Positions 14,618 to 33,027 of a stretch of DNA of 64,000 nt are shown here, in pieces. The notes beneath the pieces were generated by a model. The model worked only from the letters and a program-made list of their open reading frames with translations. It was not told where the DNA came from and ran no database searches. How positions within the stretch are numbered: position 1 is the stretch's first letter; the number at the start of each line of letters is the position of its first letter. The position numbers and the translations under genes were made by a program. This stretch comes from Chrysomallon squamiferum (taxonomy: Eukaryota; Animalia; Mollusca), in assembly GCA_012295275.1 (NCBI GenBank), contig CM022671.1:22754001-22818000 (forward strand). Reading direction: 5' to 3'.

Positions 14618-17324
14618 AGAAATAAATGTTTACATTAAGAATGTAGAATCTTACAAAGATTAGTTTGATTGTTTCTGGAATATAAAACTATTATCTTAAT
14701 TCACCATTTGTCTAATTGCAACATTAATAGCTGTGTCACTCAACTGCATAGTGTTATAACAAAATATTTTTGAAAATGTCTTGTAAATATATTATCAGAT
14801 AATTTGTACATTAGGCATATCATCTGAAATTGGTACATAATTATGTGACTTTTATTTTGTATGTTTATTGTTATTACTGAAGCATGACTTAAGAATGTAC
14901 AGATATTTTTTGCAATTTATCATTAACACATCACATAATTAACATGCACATTGTCACGCAGACTTTTGTACATAAACCCTACTAATGCTGGTGGAAAGTA
15001 CTACAGCTATGCAGGTTAAGAAAATCTTTAAATGTCTCTCTGCAAATTTATTTGGTATTGACAGTATTAATAAATATTATAAATAATAATTATGTTAGTA
15101 ATAATAATAATAATAATAATAATAATTTTTCTGCATTTTTGAGCAGTGTAAAAACTGCTGTGGATACTGTGCATTATTCCAAAATACTTTTTTTTTTTTG
15201 TCTAATGATAATTTTATAAATTCCATGAATTGTGCATCTGTATATATTGTGTATTTACAAATGGCCCAAAATACAAACACACATATACAAATGCATAATT
15301 CACAAATGTCTATCACAAACACTGACCAACACACGCACATACATCCCAGTTTTGTTTTGTTTCTTGTTGACATCAATTTTTGATTTTATTCCAGTTGATG
15401 TATGAACAGTTAATGTTGTTAAGCAGAGTTGTTTGTTGTTTTGTAAATAATGGTCACAAGAGAAGTTGTATTTTAGAGAAAAATCTAATTCTTTTTGTGA
15501 TGATTTTCACAACTTGCCAGAACAGCAATAAACAGTGTATATGTATATGTACATTTTAGATGAAATAAATGTCTGTTTGTATATTTCGTAAATCAAAATC
15601 AGAGTAAAATTTTAAGAGAAAAACCAGCCAATGTTTTGTGTTTTTGTTTTTGTTTTGTGAACGAAGATGAAAGAAGGGATAATACAGCATTTAAATTTTA
15701 AATTTAGATGCTCAACTTAATAATAAAAAAAGTGTTCCTTTTTTTTTTTTTTAATGTGATAAATGCATTTTTATTTTTATTATTGTTTTATTTTTTTACT
15801 TATTTAAATTGTTGCTATGAAATTTTTATTTTTATTACTTTGAAAAACTTTTATTTTTTTTACATTCCATGTGAATTATAATGGAATATAAAATTTTAAT
15901 AAAGTTTTTAAAATAAATCCACTGTTTACATGGGTACGTAGATAGTTAAACATGTAAATCCCAATCTATATACATGACATCTTGCATCATAATCCTAAAT
16001 CTATAATGTCCAGATCTCAAACTTGATCCTAAACTATAAAAAATATAGCTTTACATGATATAATATGAAAAGCAATGCACCAATAATTCAGTTGTTTATA
16101 AAAATTATTTTAATGCTGAAATTTATATAATAATTCTCAGTCAGTATAGTATATAACACAGATAAGACTGACAATTGTTAATGAATGGCAGCTTTGGTGC
16201 CAGGTTGTAATAAATAAATAAATAAATAAAACAAAAAACCAGGTTATTTATTTCAGTACATTTTATTGAAAAAGAAAGAAAAAATATCAAAAGTAAAACA
16301 TTCAAAGGTATAAAATAAATAAATTGAATAAAAATGTTTGATAATCTTAGCAGTTCACTGTTAAAGAGAGCCAGATACTGGTTTTCAATCCATTTATAAA
16401 AATATGAAACAAACAAAAAAAGTCTCATTCTTTTTTTTTTTTTTTTTGATAAATACTAAATTATTAATTGTACTAATATTTCGACTGCATAATGCAAAAT
16501 AAAAATGGTTGTTTTACTTTTGATTTTATATTATCGTTTGTAATTAAAGAAATGTAATTTGAAAATATGGATCAAACTGATGACTGGTTCTCTTTAATAC
16601 TGAGAAGGGAGATAACTAAACCTAGTTCATATTGCACAGTTGCTCACACTGGACAACCTTTGTAAAACTTGACTAATAAAGTAAATAAAAAAAAGCAGAA
16701 CAATGTGAATTTAAAAAATCAAAAATGATGCTGAGATGAAATAATTAAGTTGACAGATACCCTGTGTGTAGGAATGTGGGAGAAAAATATTAAATGACTG
16801 ATGATTAACATATAAATAAATAAATAAATAAATAAATAAAAAAATATAAAAAAAAATAAATAAGTGTTTCTGGCAATGATATCATGATATTTATGTAAGT
16901 GGTGTGTTTTAGGCAAATTGATGGGAAAAAAAACCCTGATAATGATTTGATAATATAATTATTTCAAAGATGTGGCTTTAAAGTGATTAGTAATAAATAA
17001 ATAAATGAACAAGTAAATAAATAAATAAATAAATAAATAAGAATGAGACACGTGTCTGAGAAATCAGGAACAAATAAAATAATTTACAAACTGTACAATA
17101 ATACACACTTAAAACATCAACCAGTGAAAATTATAGTTGCTTTGCTATAAGAAACACACATGAAATAATGATCCAGTCAATCAACTTTCAGTTATTTGTG
17201 AAACAAAAACAAGCACTAACTTTCTTCTACACATCTTTGGCATAAAATAGTTAAATTAATGTAAATAAAGTATACAGCATATCTGATGAATTACTCTTAG
17301 GAATCAGAGTAAAAAATGTGATGT

Positions 17325-22396
<5,072 letters not shown>

Positions 22397-22587
22397 TATT
22401 TTAAAACTAACTCTAACCAATCTGATACACTGTTAATTAATTAATCTGATACTACAAATGTAAACTATTGATAATAACTCGAGACCGACTGATGATAATT
22501 CAGATGTTTGATAATAACTCGTCTGATAATGTATTATTACAGTTTGTTAATCTCAATCTGAAAATGTCTTCTGCTTTTCTTTTGTGT

Positions 22588-22623
22588 TTTCTGACGTTGT
22601 ACGGGTATCTCCTCTCTTTTATA
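22588..22623 (-). promoter_or_regulatory. TATA box + initiator core promoter of MMP-A
   Basis: Minus-strand TATAAAAG at 22623-22616. An Inr-like TCAG has its A at 22592, 31 nt from the first T of the TATA and ~200 nt upstream of the ATG at 22396. Confidence 0.7.
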
Positions 22624-24814
22624 GGCAGCTTGTCGCCCCTTTTATTTTTCCGCACGTAATACTCATCCACTGAAACTAGTTCCGATATCACGCATCATCA
22701 TACAGTAACCGGAAAACCCGAGTTAACAAAAAGTAATTTCCGGAATAAATTAAACTACTTTGATGATTATGGACTCTCCCTTTGTTTGATTCTTGTGACT
22801 ATTTTAGCTTGTAATTGTTATTTATAACAACAAATCATGAAACAGCTGAAAAAAAAAAAAAAAAAAAGAATTCTCTTTCATTTCTTAATTGCGTTTTTAT
22901 TGTCACGTCACTTTAAGTATTTAATTTAATTATATATGAATGCATGTATGTATGTATGTATCTATCTATCAATCTGTGTGTGTATGTATATATATGTGTG
23001 TATATATATATATATATAAGATGAACAGATCTGCATATAAATTCTATTTTGTTGCAACTGCACGTATGTATATTTCGTGAAAATACATATTTTTGTAAGT
23101 ATAAAATATGTTATAATAAATATACTGATTGTTTTAGAACCACCAAAAGACAAGATCTTCATTATCAAAAAGAAAAATAATGAAAACCCTTATACGATCC
23201 CGAACATTCTTTTTTATTGTCAGAACCTACTCGGCTATGAAAAAACATATTAAACCCTGTCATTATTTATCTAACATGCAACACCCTGAATATTAGGAAC
23301 GTACCGTGGTTGAAAGAAATATACGGGGGAAAAAATTTCTCTTTTATTTTCCCTCTTTGACGTCCTATGTAATTATCATTCCTCAACCCATGTTTATGAC
23401 TGCAAAGACCATTTACAGATGTTTTCAGTTTGTTATGGTGGCAAGATTTAAAAAAGGGTGTGTATGTTTGTGTATATGTTTGTATTTTCATAAATAACTT
23501 TCAAGTCGGCGAATTGAGTTGCGTTTTTAAGTTAACAAATAACAACAACACATGAAAAAAAAAAAAAAAAATAATAATAATAAAAATAAAAATAAGGCAA
23601 TGGGGGAGTGCACCATTTGCCTCCTCCCGGATCTATATATGGCTTACGTTTACCGAGTGACCTTGAATTTGTTTTCTGTACTGGGAGTCTGATGCAATAA
23701 AAATTATTGCGACACCGTTTAAGAACAGTCGTTTCCTTTGTTGTGGGGGGAATACTCAGTCTTTGAAGTTACTAGCTAAAAGTGTGCACCAGAGATTAAT
23801 TGTTACAGGGTAAGCCCAGCATTCGTCAACATCCAGTGAGCATGACCCATAAACCGGATAGCTACTGTTTACATGACCAAACTCACTTTTTTTTTTTTTT
23901 TTTATTCACAGGAACAATAACAGTAATAATAACAAGCATCTTGTTAAACATACAAACACGAACAAATTTTTAGAGATGATGATGATGATGTTGATGACGT
24001 CGATGATGATGATGATGATAATAACTGATTATATTAAAAATATAAATAAATTTAAACGAAGTAAATTGAAATATAAAATAATGTGAAATGAATGCGACGT
24101 CTGATAAAACCAGGCTTGGGTAAGTTCCGATCATAAACCCGCTCCGATGTCGAGATTGCGATAAAGACTGTTTTCTTACAAATGGCTATTTGCTTGTCAG
24201 TAAGTAACGGACAGACGGATGTGTGATAAGATATTACAGATATTGTCTAATACAGGAACTCTACTTTTACCTCTTTGATCAATATCATCATTATTATTAT
24301 TATTATTATTTAATGACTGTAAATAGAGCAGAAGAAATTTTTGTTTACAAATGAAACAAACCTTTTGACTTTCTTCTAATTTAGCCGTAATTATACCGTA
24401 TAACCATTAATAACAGTTTGTTGAAATTAACAACGATTTGTTTTAATTAATAAGAATTTTGTAACAATCAATAATAATTCGTTTTAATTAATAACAGTTA
24501 ATAACTGTTTGTTAGTTTGTCAAAGGAATGTGAACGTTTGGCAATTTTTGTTTTGTTTTTGTTTTTAGTTTTTAGTTTTTTTCACTATGTTTTTTAAATC
24601 ATGAATAGGCAGAATCTCACCCAGGGTCTCTGTGTTGTAATTTCACAGTTTCATTTACAAATTTTAGTATGGTTCTTGGAATAAAATACTATATGCAAAC
24701 AAAATATGAATCAGTATTAAACTGTTTTCTTCTGATGAGTAATTACAAACACGCTGAAAGCTTTAACATACAAAAAAAAATAAAAAAAAATAAAATAAAA
24801 TAAAATAAAATAAA

Positions 24815-24980
24815 AAAATATCGTAACGTGAAATAGCAACTTCACGCTCAGTCTAGTAGGCGTTCTTCTGGTACAAAAATAATCATAACAACAACAACAA
24901 AACAAAAATATCGTAACGTGAAAAAGCAACTTCACGTTCAATCCAGTAGGCGTTCTTTTGGTACAAAAATAATCATAACA
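24815..24980. repeat. Tandem duplication, ~90 bp x2
   Basis: AAAATATCGTAACGTGAAA.AGCAACTTCACG.TCA.TC.AGTAGGCGTTCTT.TGGTACAAAAATAATCATAACA occurs twice. Confidence 0.9.
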
Positions 24981-25410
24981 GAACATGCAGTGTGTTGTTA
25001 GGTACGCACCCGTTTCACGCTTCACCGAGCATTCGATTGTTTACATTTGTGTGCACCTGTGAGGGTCATTCATGTGAACATTATTGTGATCGTTCGTGCT
25101 ATTTCAGAATCATTAAACGAATTATTTTTACAGTGAAGTCATGATTGTTGGAACCACGTGTTTTGATAAATATTTTTGGTCTTTTTCGTTGTAGGAATGT
25201 TTATCTTCTCCCCACCCCGGATGGGGGCGTTTAGACAACTCTCGTAAAATTTTTTTAAATAAAATCTTATACATAGGGAAATTCATTTCATCATGATAGT
25301 TCTAAAATGATTTTGTTGCATGCGAACTCCTGGATTCTCGTTTAAATATTGCAGTGACTCCTAATTTTATTTTTATTTTCCTTTCTTTCACTGATTTGTT
25401 ACTTCTTTAA

Positions 25411-25470
<60 letters not shown>

Positions 25471-25493
25471 GCTAATTCTTTAATGAGAAATAA

Positions 25494-26300
25494 TTAAAAG
25501 TAATCAAATATATTAGTTGAAAGTAAACAAAAAATATAAATAAGTAAAACAATAAATAAAAAAATATTTAAAAAAAAAGAAAAGAAATAATAAATTAAAA
25601 TAAAATAAGTAATAAATGTAGACAAAAATATAAGTAAATAAATAATAAATGAAATTAATGAAAATTTAAATTGGAAAACAAAAATAAAAATATAAATAAA
25701 TAAATACATTTAAAAATAAATTAAGATAATCAAAAAAAAAAAAAAAAAAAAATGAAAACAGAATTATGCAGAAAAAAAAAAAATGAAAAATGAAAGAAAG
25801 AACTCTAAGAATCTATCAAAAAAAATAATCAAATAAAATATTTGAAAACAGTGTTAAAGAAACAAAAATATAAATAAGTAAACACAAAAATCGTAAAAAA
25901 TAATAATAACGAAACAAAAATAAATAAATGATAAATATATATTTAAAATAAAATAAGTGAGAAATGTCTATAAAAATATAAATAAATAAAATAATAAATA
26001 AAATGTAAATAAATAAATTAAAAAATAAAAAAAAAATTAATGAAATTTAAATAGGAAAATAAAAATAAAAATAAAAAAATAATAAATAAAATAAAAGAAA
26101 TAAATTTAAAAAAATAAAAATAAAAAATAAAATAAAGAAAGAAAAAATTTAAAAATAAAAAACGAAAATAAAAATTAACGAAAATAAAAAAAAAAAAAAA
26201 AAAAAAATTAAAGAAAGAACTCTAAAAAAAACTATCTAAAATAATAATAATAATAATAATAAGAAGAAGAAGAAGAAGAAGAATAAAAAAAAAAGAGAAG
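25494..26300. repeat. A-rich low-complexity block with a diverged internal duplication
   Basis: Almost purely A/T. The anchors TAATCAAATA, AAATATAAATAAGTAAAACA and GAAAGAACTCTAA each occur twice, ~330-420 bp apart. Confidence 0.7.
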
Positions 26301-26662
26301 AAGAAAAAAGAGGAGATATTCTTGAATTAATATAAATATACTGACCCTCTTCACAACATACCCTAACCATCTTGTTTATTTTTGTTATCACCCATTCATT
26401 GCTAAAAACTTAATGAAAAAAAAAAAAAAAAAAAGAGCGAACTGAAAGGAACTTGCGTTCTTGTATGGTTTAAAACTGGTTTATGTTGTTGTTTTATTGT
26501 GTTGGTGAAGTGAACGGAAGAAACCATTAACACAAAATAAACAACTAACTGAGAAATTTGTTGTAACCATTGTTAAAGTATTTAAACTAGTTTATTTCTT
26601 GCTCCAGTTTATTGTAGGACAGCTTGTAATAAAGTGGCCGATAACATTATATCACATAAATG

Positions 26663-26704
<42 letters not shown>

Positions 26705-26908
26705 CACTTTTTTAAGTCTTTGATAAGAACACTCTTTCTCTAAGAATACACAAGAACATGCATACATGCATACATACATACACAGATACATAAATATAAA
26801 CGTACATAATAAACGTACATGATAAACAGAAATATAAAACAGAGTAAAATACTAATAAAAAAGTATCATTTAAAAAAAAAAAAAAAAATGTATTTATATA
26901 TTTATTTA

Positions 26909-26940
<32 letters not shown>

Positions 26941-27552
26941 TTTATTTTTTATTATTTTATTATTTTTTTAAGCTTTCTTTCTTTCTTCTAACATACTAAA
27001 TAAATAAAATTAAAAAAGAAACAAACAAAAAAGTAAAATAATAAAAAAAAAAAAATAATAATAAAAAAACAAAAAATAAGGACTTTAATTTTACAACAGT
27101 TGACCGATGGACAAACACGCTACCTTTATTTTAAACAAAATCACGCAATCATTTTCAAATGAATTAAATCCAGTGATCTCTATGACTGTTCATACAAATA
27201 TTTTAAAAGAACATCGAATGAAAATCGAGGTTAGTGAGGTCGATGAATCAGAATGAACAACACAAAGGGGACATGAAAGAACTCAGGAAAATGATTTTGC
27301 AGAAATAAACATAACCTAATTAGGAAGACGGTTTTGTTTTTACTGATGAATCTCGGCCATGGTATGAAACGTCGCTGAAAGTACTGGACAGTGTTAAAAT
27401 AGACTGCTGCGGAAACGTGAGCTGTCGTTTCGGAAATGGTCTGTGGTGATTCAGTGTACGGTGAGTTTTCATTTTTCTACGTGTTGTTGTTTGAACATTA
27501 AAGTGCAAGATTAACAGAGAATGTAACTTAGCGGTGTTTGGTGTCAGTGTAA

Positions 27553-27623
<71 letters not shown>

Positions 27624-27790
27624 TGTGTGTATTTGTGTTCAATTTATGTATATGTCTTGGTTTTGAATCGTATACTTTAAAAATATCCTACACAGTTGCT
27701 TTGCAGTGAAATAGGAAAGATTTTGTTACTTGCATAATAGGAAATAAAACTGAACAAATTTTTTAATTAGAATACTGACCAAGCCCCCGT

Positions 27791-27867
<77 letters not shown>

Positions 27868-28149
27868 TAATAATAATAATAAAAAAAAAAGAAAAAAAAA
27901 AAAAAAAAAATAAAAATAATAATAATAATAAGAAAAGAAGAAGAAAAAGAAAAAAGAAAATAATAATAATAATAATAAAAAAAATAATAATAATAACCTA
28001 CATCTCTTATGTCAAGGTTCTTGATTTAAATCTTAAATTTTAATGACCAGGTCCCTGATGTTAATATTAATTCTAAACTATAAAATGTAGCTTTGCATGA
28101 TGTAACAGGAAAAGTAACAGGGCCAACTAATCTTCCAACAAACACATTT

Positions 28150-29890
28150 TTGTTTTAATTTGTTATTCTATCCGAAATATTATTTGCTGTGCCTGTCATA
28201 AACCTAGAACAAAAGATTGAACAAAAAACATCAGGTAAAAACTCTTTGGCGATCGTTGGAAACCAAATACAGTTGGACATCGAAAGCGCAAACAAGTTTG
28301 TTGAAAGTGTCATGGCGGCAAGTGAACATCCGCTATTTACGTCGAGTGGTGAAAGCGACACAATGACGAAAGATATGAGTGTTAACGAAAAAAAAAAAAA
28401 AATAATAATAAAAAATAACGGTAGATATCAAATTCTTGAAACGTTTGGTTTGGATTTACAGTCATAATATGACTACATGTAAAAATCGTACGCCGAGGCG
28501 ACACAAATACAGCTAAAATTCAATGACTAGGATTTCGCTGAAAACAAAGAACAAGCATTGGTTACTGACTGTCTGAAAATTTCTCACTTCAACGTTGTCC
28601 AAGCAGACAGATCAGGCATTATTACTGTACATATTGAAAACAAAAAAAAAATGATGAAGGCGAACGAAACATTCGATATTCTAAAAATTATGCAAATGTA
28701 TATAAGACAATATTTCGTTCAAAATGAGCATAAACATACAACGATTGTGAAGGAAATCGGTAAGGACAAGAAATAGAAAATCCGCGGTACGAGACCCATT
28801 CCTGCAAAACGAGATTAGGAATTTCTGAGGTGTTTTCGCTGAATTGTGGTGGTTGGTCTCAAACAAAAATGATAACTCATATTTTATATGTAATGTTGTA
28901 TCGTCTGAGAATTTCGATGTTACAGAGCTGTATGAAATGTATACTACTAATCAAAACGGTGTAAGCATTGCTGGACTGATTTCACATTTATTACGACTCT
29001 TGGTTATTCTGTAGTTGAATTCGTAATCGTTCCAGTGGAAGCTGACACACTATGAAATATTTGAAGTAAAAACAATTATGAATGTAATAGTTGATTTTAA
29101 ACAAGATATCCACGTTTATCACCCAACACTCATGCATGTTTGAAGCAACATTTACAAGCTGATAAATACGTTTTCGAACTCATGTAGATTTTTTTTCTTT
29201 AACCAGATACTTTGTCTTGTCTCCGCGATAGTATTACAGCGCTACACAATGCATACAAAACGAACACGTAGCAAATAAGGTGTATAAGGAATTCACGGAT
29301 TTCCTAATAATTATCGGAATCGGATGTGACGATCCCAAACCGTTCAGGAATATTCTTTAAGTCAAACAAAAGCATATTGGAATGATATCCTCTATCGAAA
29401 AGTCGAAAGTCTAAAATCCCAATGGAGATAATCTCCGGAAATGGTTATAATAGTGAGTAATATCAAAGCAAAATATTTAAACAAATGCGATGTCTAAATT
29501 GCTTGAAAATTCTGATCATTTACCATCCTGGTCTGCCTGAACGTGCACAATTTCATTCAAGTCGACCAATAACACGTTGAAGACTCAGATAAACATTTAT
29601 TTGTGTATTGCCATCCCGAAGCCACGAAAGCTCCATTCATGGGGAAATGAAATACACGTGCAGAACGTGCAGATGAAGCAACCCATACTCGTCCTATCTT
29701 TCGCGTTGGCCCTTGTCTGTGTGCAAATGCAAGCGTTTTCAGGCAATAAAAACGAGTGGACGTGGTCAATGACAGTTGTCTTTCTTGGTTTCTTACACTC
29801 TGTTTCCTTAATGTGAATAATATCAAGCGTTGTCTAGCTATCATAATGAACATTCAGAAAATAATGCTAAAAATATCGTCGGACCCTTAA
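28150..29890 (+). mobile_element. Decayed transposon-type ORF relic, resembling the SAMD3-like accessory ORF associated with CACTA/EnSpm elements
   Basis: An intron-free, higher-complexity stretch with broken frames. It includes ILKIMQMYIRQYF...PFLQNE (~28680-28815), TIPNRSGIFFKSNKSILE*YP (~29330-29395) and HTRPIFRVG...FLTLCFLNVNNIKRCLAIIMNIQKIMLKI (~29680-29880), with several in-frame stops. The family is assigned from remembered motif patterns only; no TIRs were found. Confidence 0.4.
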
Positions 29891-29897
29891 ATTGTTT

Positions 29898-29938
<41 letters not shown>

Positions 29939-30271
29939 TACATCTGTATGTGTGTGTGTGTGTATGTGTGTGTGTGTGTATGTGTGTGAGTGTATGTGTG
30001 ATCAGTTTAACAAATAATTTGTGTAAATTGAATATTATTTTCATGCAAATCAATTTTTTATAAAAAAATAATCTGGTTTGTATTATATCTGTTCAGGACA
30101 TCAAGAATGACAACTAGAGATTTATTACGAAAACAGTCATAATTACGGTCATTTATAATTAATTATATATTGTTTTTAATCTGAATCGAAATAATTTTGT
30201 TTTGTATAAGCATCATCATTGTTTTTAAACATTTGTCATAGTAAGAATGCATGGAAAATGAAGTGATTTAA

Positions 30272-30306
<35 letters not shown>

Positions 30307-30603
30307 AGTCTGTATTTTCTCTCCCTAATAAACAACAGAATTAACAATAGTATCAGTAGTTCCTGATGATTCAGTAGCTATGCCTAAAAAAATGTTTTCT
30401 CCTGACAGAGATACAAATATTCAGCGCAGATATAAATTGTTTAGAAAAAAAAATAATAATGTATTTGTATGTAAAATGTCATTGTCCATGTTCCATTGTA
30501 GAATATTAGCAATTTACATATTTTTATTTAAGATCGTTTAGACAAACATTTCATTTTTTTTTTTTTTTTTCTGCCATGACAGAATAGATGGCCTATGAAT
30601 AAC

Positions 30604-30652
<49 letters not shown>

Positions 30653-30711
30653 TTTAATAAAAATAAAAATAATAATAATAATAATAATAATAAATTTAAT
30701 AATAATAAAAT

Positions 30712-30751
<40 letters not shown>

Positions 30752-31563
30752 TAATAATAATAATAAATGTAATCACGGAAAAAAGAAAAAAACAACAACA
30801 ACAAGCTCTCTTCTGTATCACAGATTAAGGGTTTATTATCCCCCATGATCAGGATTGAAAGTATTTTAGATTTCGGAATACACGGGGGTAGCCTGTGAAT
30901 AACAGATGCGTCTAAACTCGAAATTCATTCAAATTTCATACACAGCTTACAAAGATAGCCTACAGCATAGTTTGATATGAATAATGCACGCTAAACTATC
31001 TGAAGACTGTAAGATAACACAAAGACGCCTGCACGATAGAATTATCAAACTGTGTTATCGTTATACATGTTTCTTTCATAATGCGTATTGATAAACATTA
31101 TTAAGTAAACAAACAACTGGTTTTATGAATATATTAAATAACAGGCATATTCGTAATGCAGTAACCATGATAATGATGATATGAAAAGAACAACAAAAGA
31201 ATGCACTGGGGATTTTATTTATTTATTTAAAAATGTTTTAAAAATTCAAACATTTACATAAATTTGTATAATTAGCAATAAATTAGATAGAAAAATATTT
31301 AATAAATAATTCCATTACATACTGCTAATTATTAAAAATCATATCACAGATCTGCTATTATTGTACAAATAATAAGTTACTTTACGCACACACAGGCGCG
31401 CGCACACACACACAAACACACTCACATATGTATATGTTTACAAAAATATTTTATATTACTTTTAAAAATTTACATACAAAAGAAGAACCAGCTTCTCTTT
31501 CTAAGATATTTGTGAATAACAACCAGCACTATACACATGAAATATTCATTAACACACACACAC

Positions 31564-31684
<121 letters not shown>

Positions 31685-31867
31685 CAAACAAACAAACAAA
31701 AACACACACACACACGCAAATAAATAAAATAAAATAATTACAGGAAGAAATGAAACTAAGCTCTTAACAGTTCATTCTTTCAGAATTCGTATCGAAATGT
31801 AAGAAACCTTTCTACAGATTATTTAATTTCATAATTTTGATTGTCCGTTAAGCTGACACTGTTTGAT

Positions 31868-32979
31868 TTACGTCCATTGATTGCTTAGAATGTATGAAAC
31901 AAGAAATGTTATCAAAGACATTGTCAGGAGGGCTGATGCATTTCTGAAAAGAAAGAAACAGAAATGAAATTTTATATTTATTAATATATACATACTGCGA
32001 AAACGTTCAGTAACGTAACAAATTAATTCCCTTTCTTATTATTGTACCAGAAATACTGTTTGAAATACTGATGTTATTGTGTTTGATATTCTTCGATAAT
32101 TCCCATATCGATATGGAAGTTAATGAAAACAGTTCATTGCTTTGTAGAGATATCAAATTGCAAGAATTTAGTAAAGTCAGAAATATTTTCGTCTTAAGGT
32201 GAAGTATTTTAGAAATGTTCAGGTAAATTATGTAATTATTAAAAGAAGAAAGAATGAGAAAAAACTGGTAAGACTATTTCAAAGATAACATTTGATATAA
32301 AACTGCATATTCAGTTACAGTTTATAGATTAAGAGAAATGAAATTAATGTTAATTCATTTTATTAATTAAATATACTGAAGTAATCGCAAAGAACATAAA
32401 ATGAACAGAAATATTTCACTAAATTCTTACCCAGCCGAGTTACAGGGTACACACAGCCAAACCGGAAGTTCTTGTTGCGTCAATCGATTGACTGGTTTCC
32501 GTTGCAGGTAACTCATAAGTAGAAAACTATAAACAGAAATTAAATACAATTATTTAAAAAAAAAATAAAAAGTTATTAAAACATAAATTAAAAATTAAAT
32601 TTTATTATTATTTATGTATTTATAATAATAATAATAATAATAATAATAATTTTATTATTTTGTTATTTTATTGTCCCCAAGGCAATGTAGCCACTTCAAG
32701 ATTATGTATTATTGTTTTATTAGATCTTACAGAAAAGTCAATATGCTGTGCCTATGTCGTCACTATAGCTACGTTATCTCTTACGTCATGACGACTCAGA
32801 CAATGATTTACCTGGAGTTGGATACGAGGTAGAAGTTGTCCTGAGTGTGACGTACTGCATATCGGGCGTCGCTCGGTATTCCCTGCCAGAACCGATCTAT
32901 TCTTTCTACAGACGTCCTGTACGTCCTGTACGTCCTCTTGTCGTCTAAGTCATACTCCCACCAGTACCGAGACTGCGTA

Positions 32980-33027
<48 letters not shown>

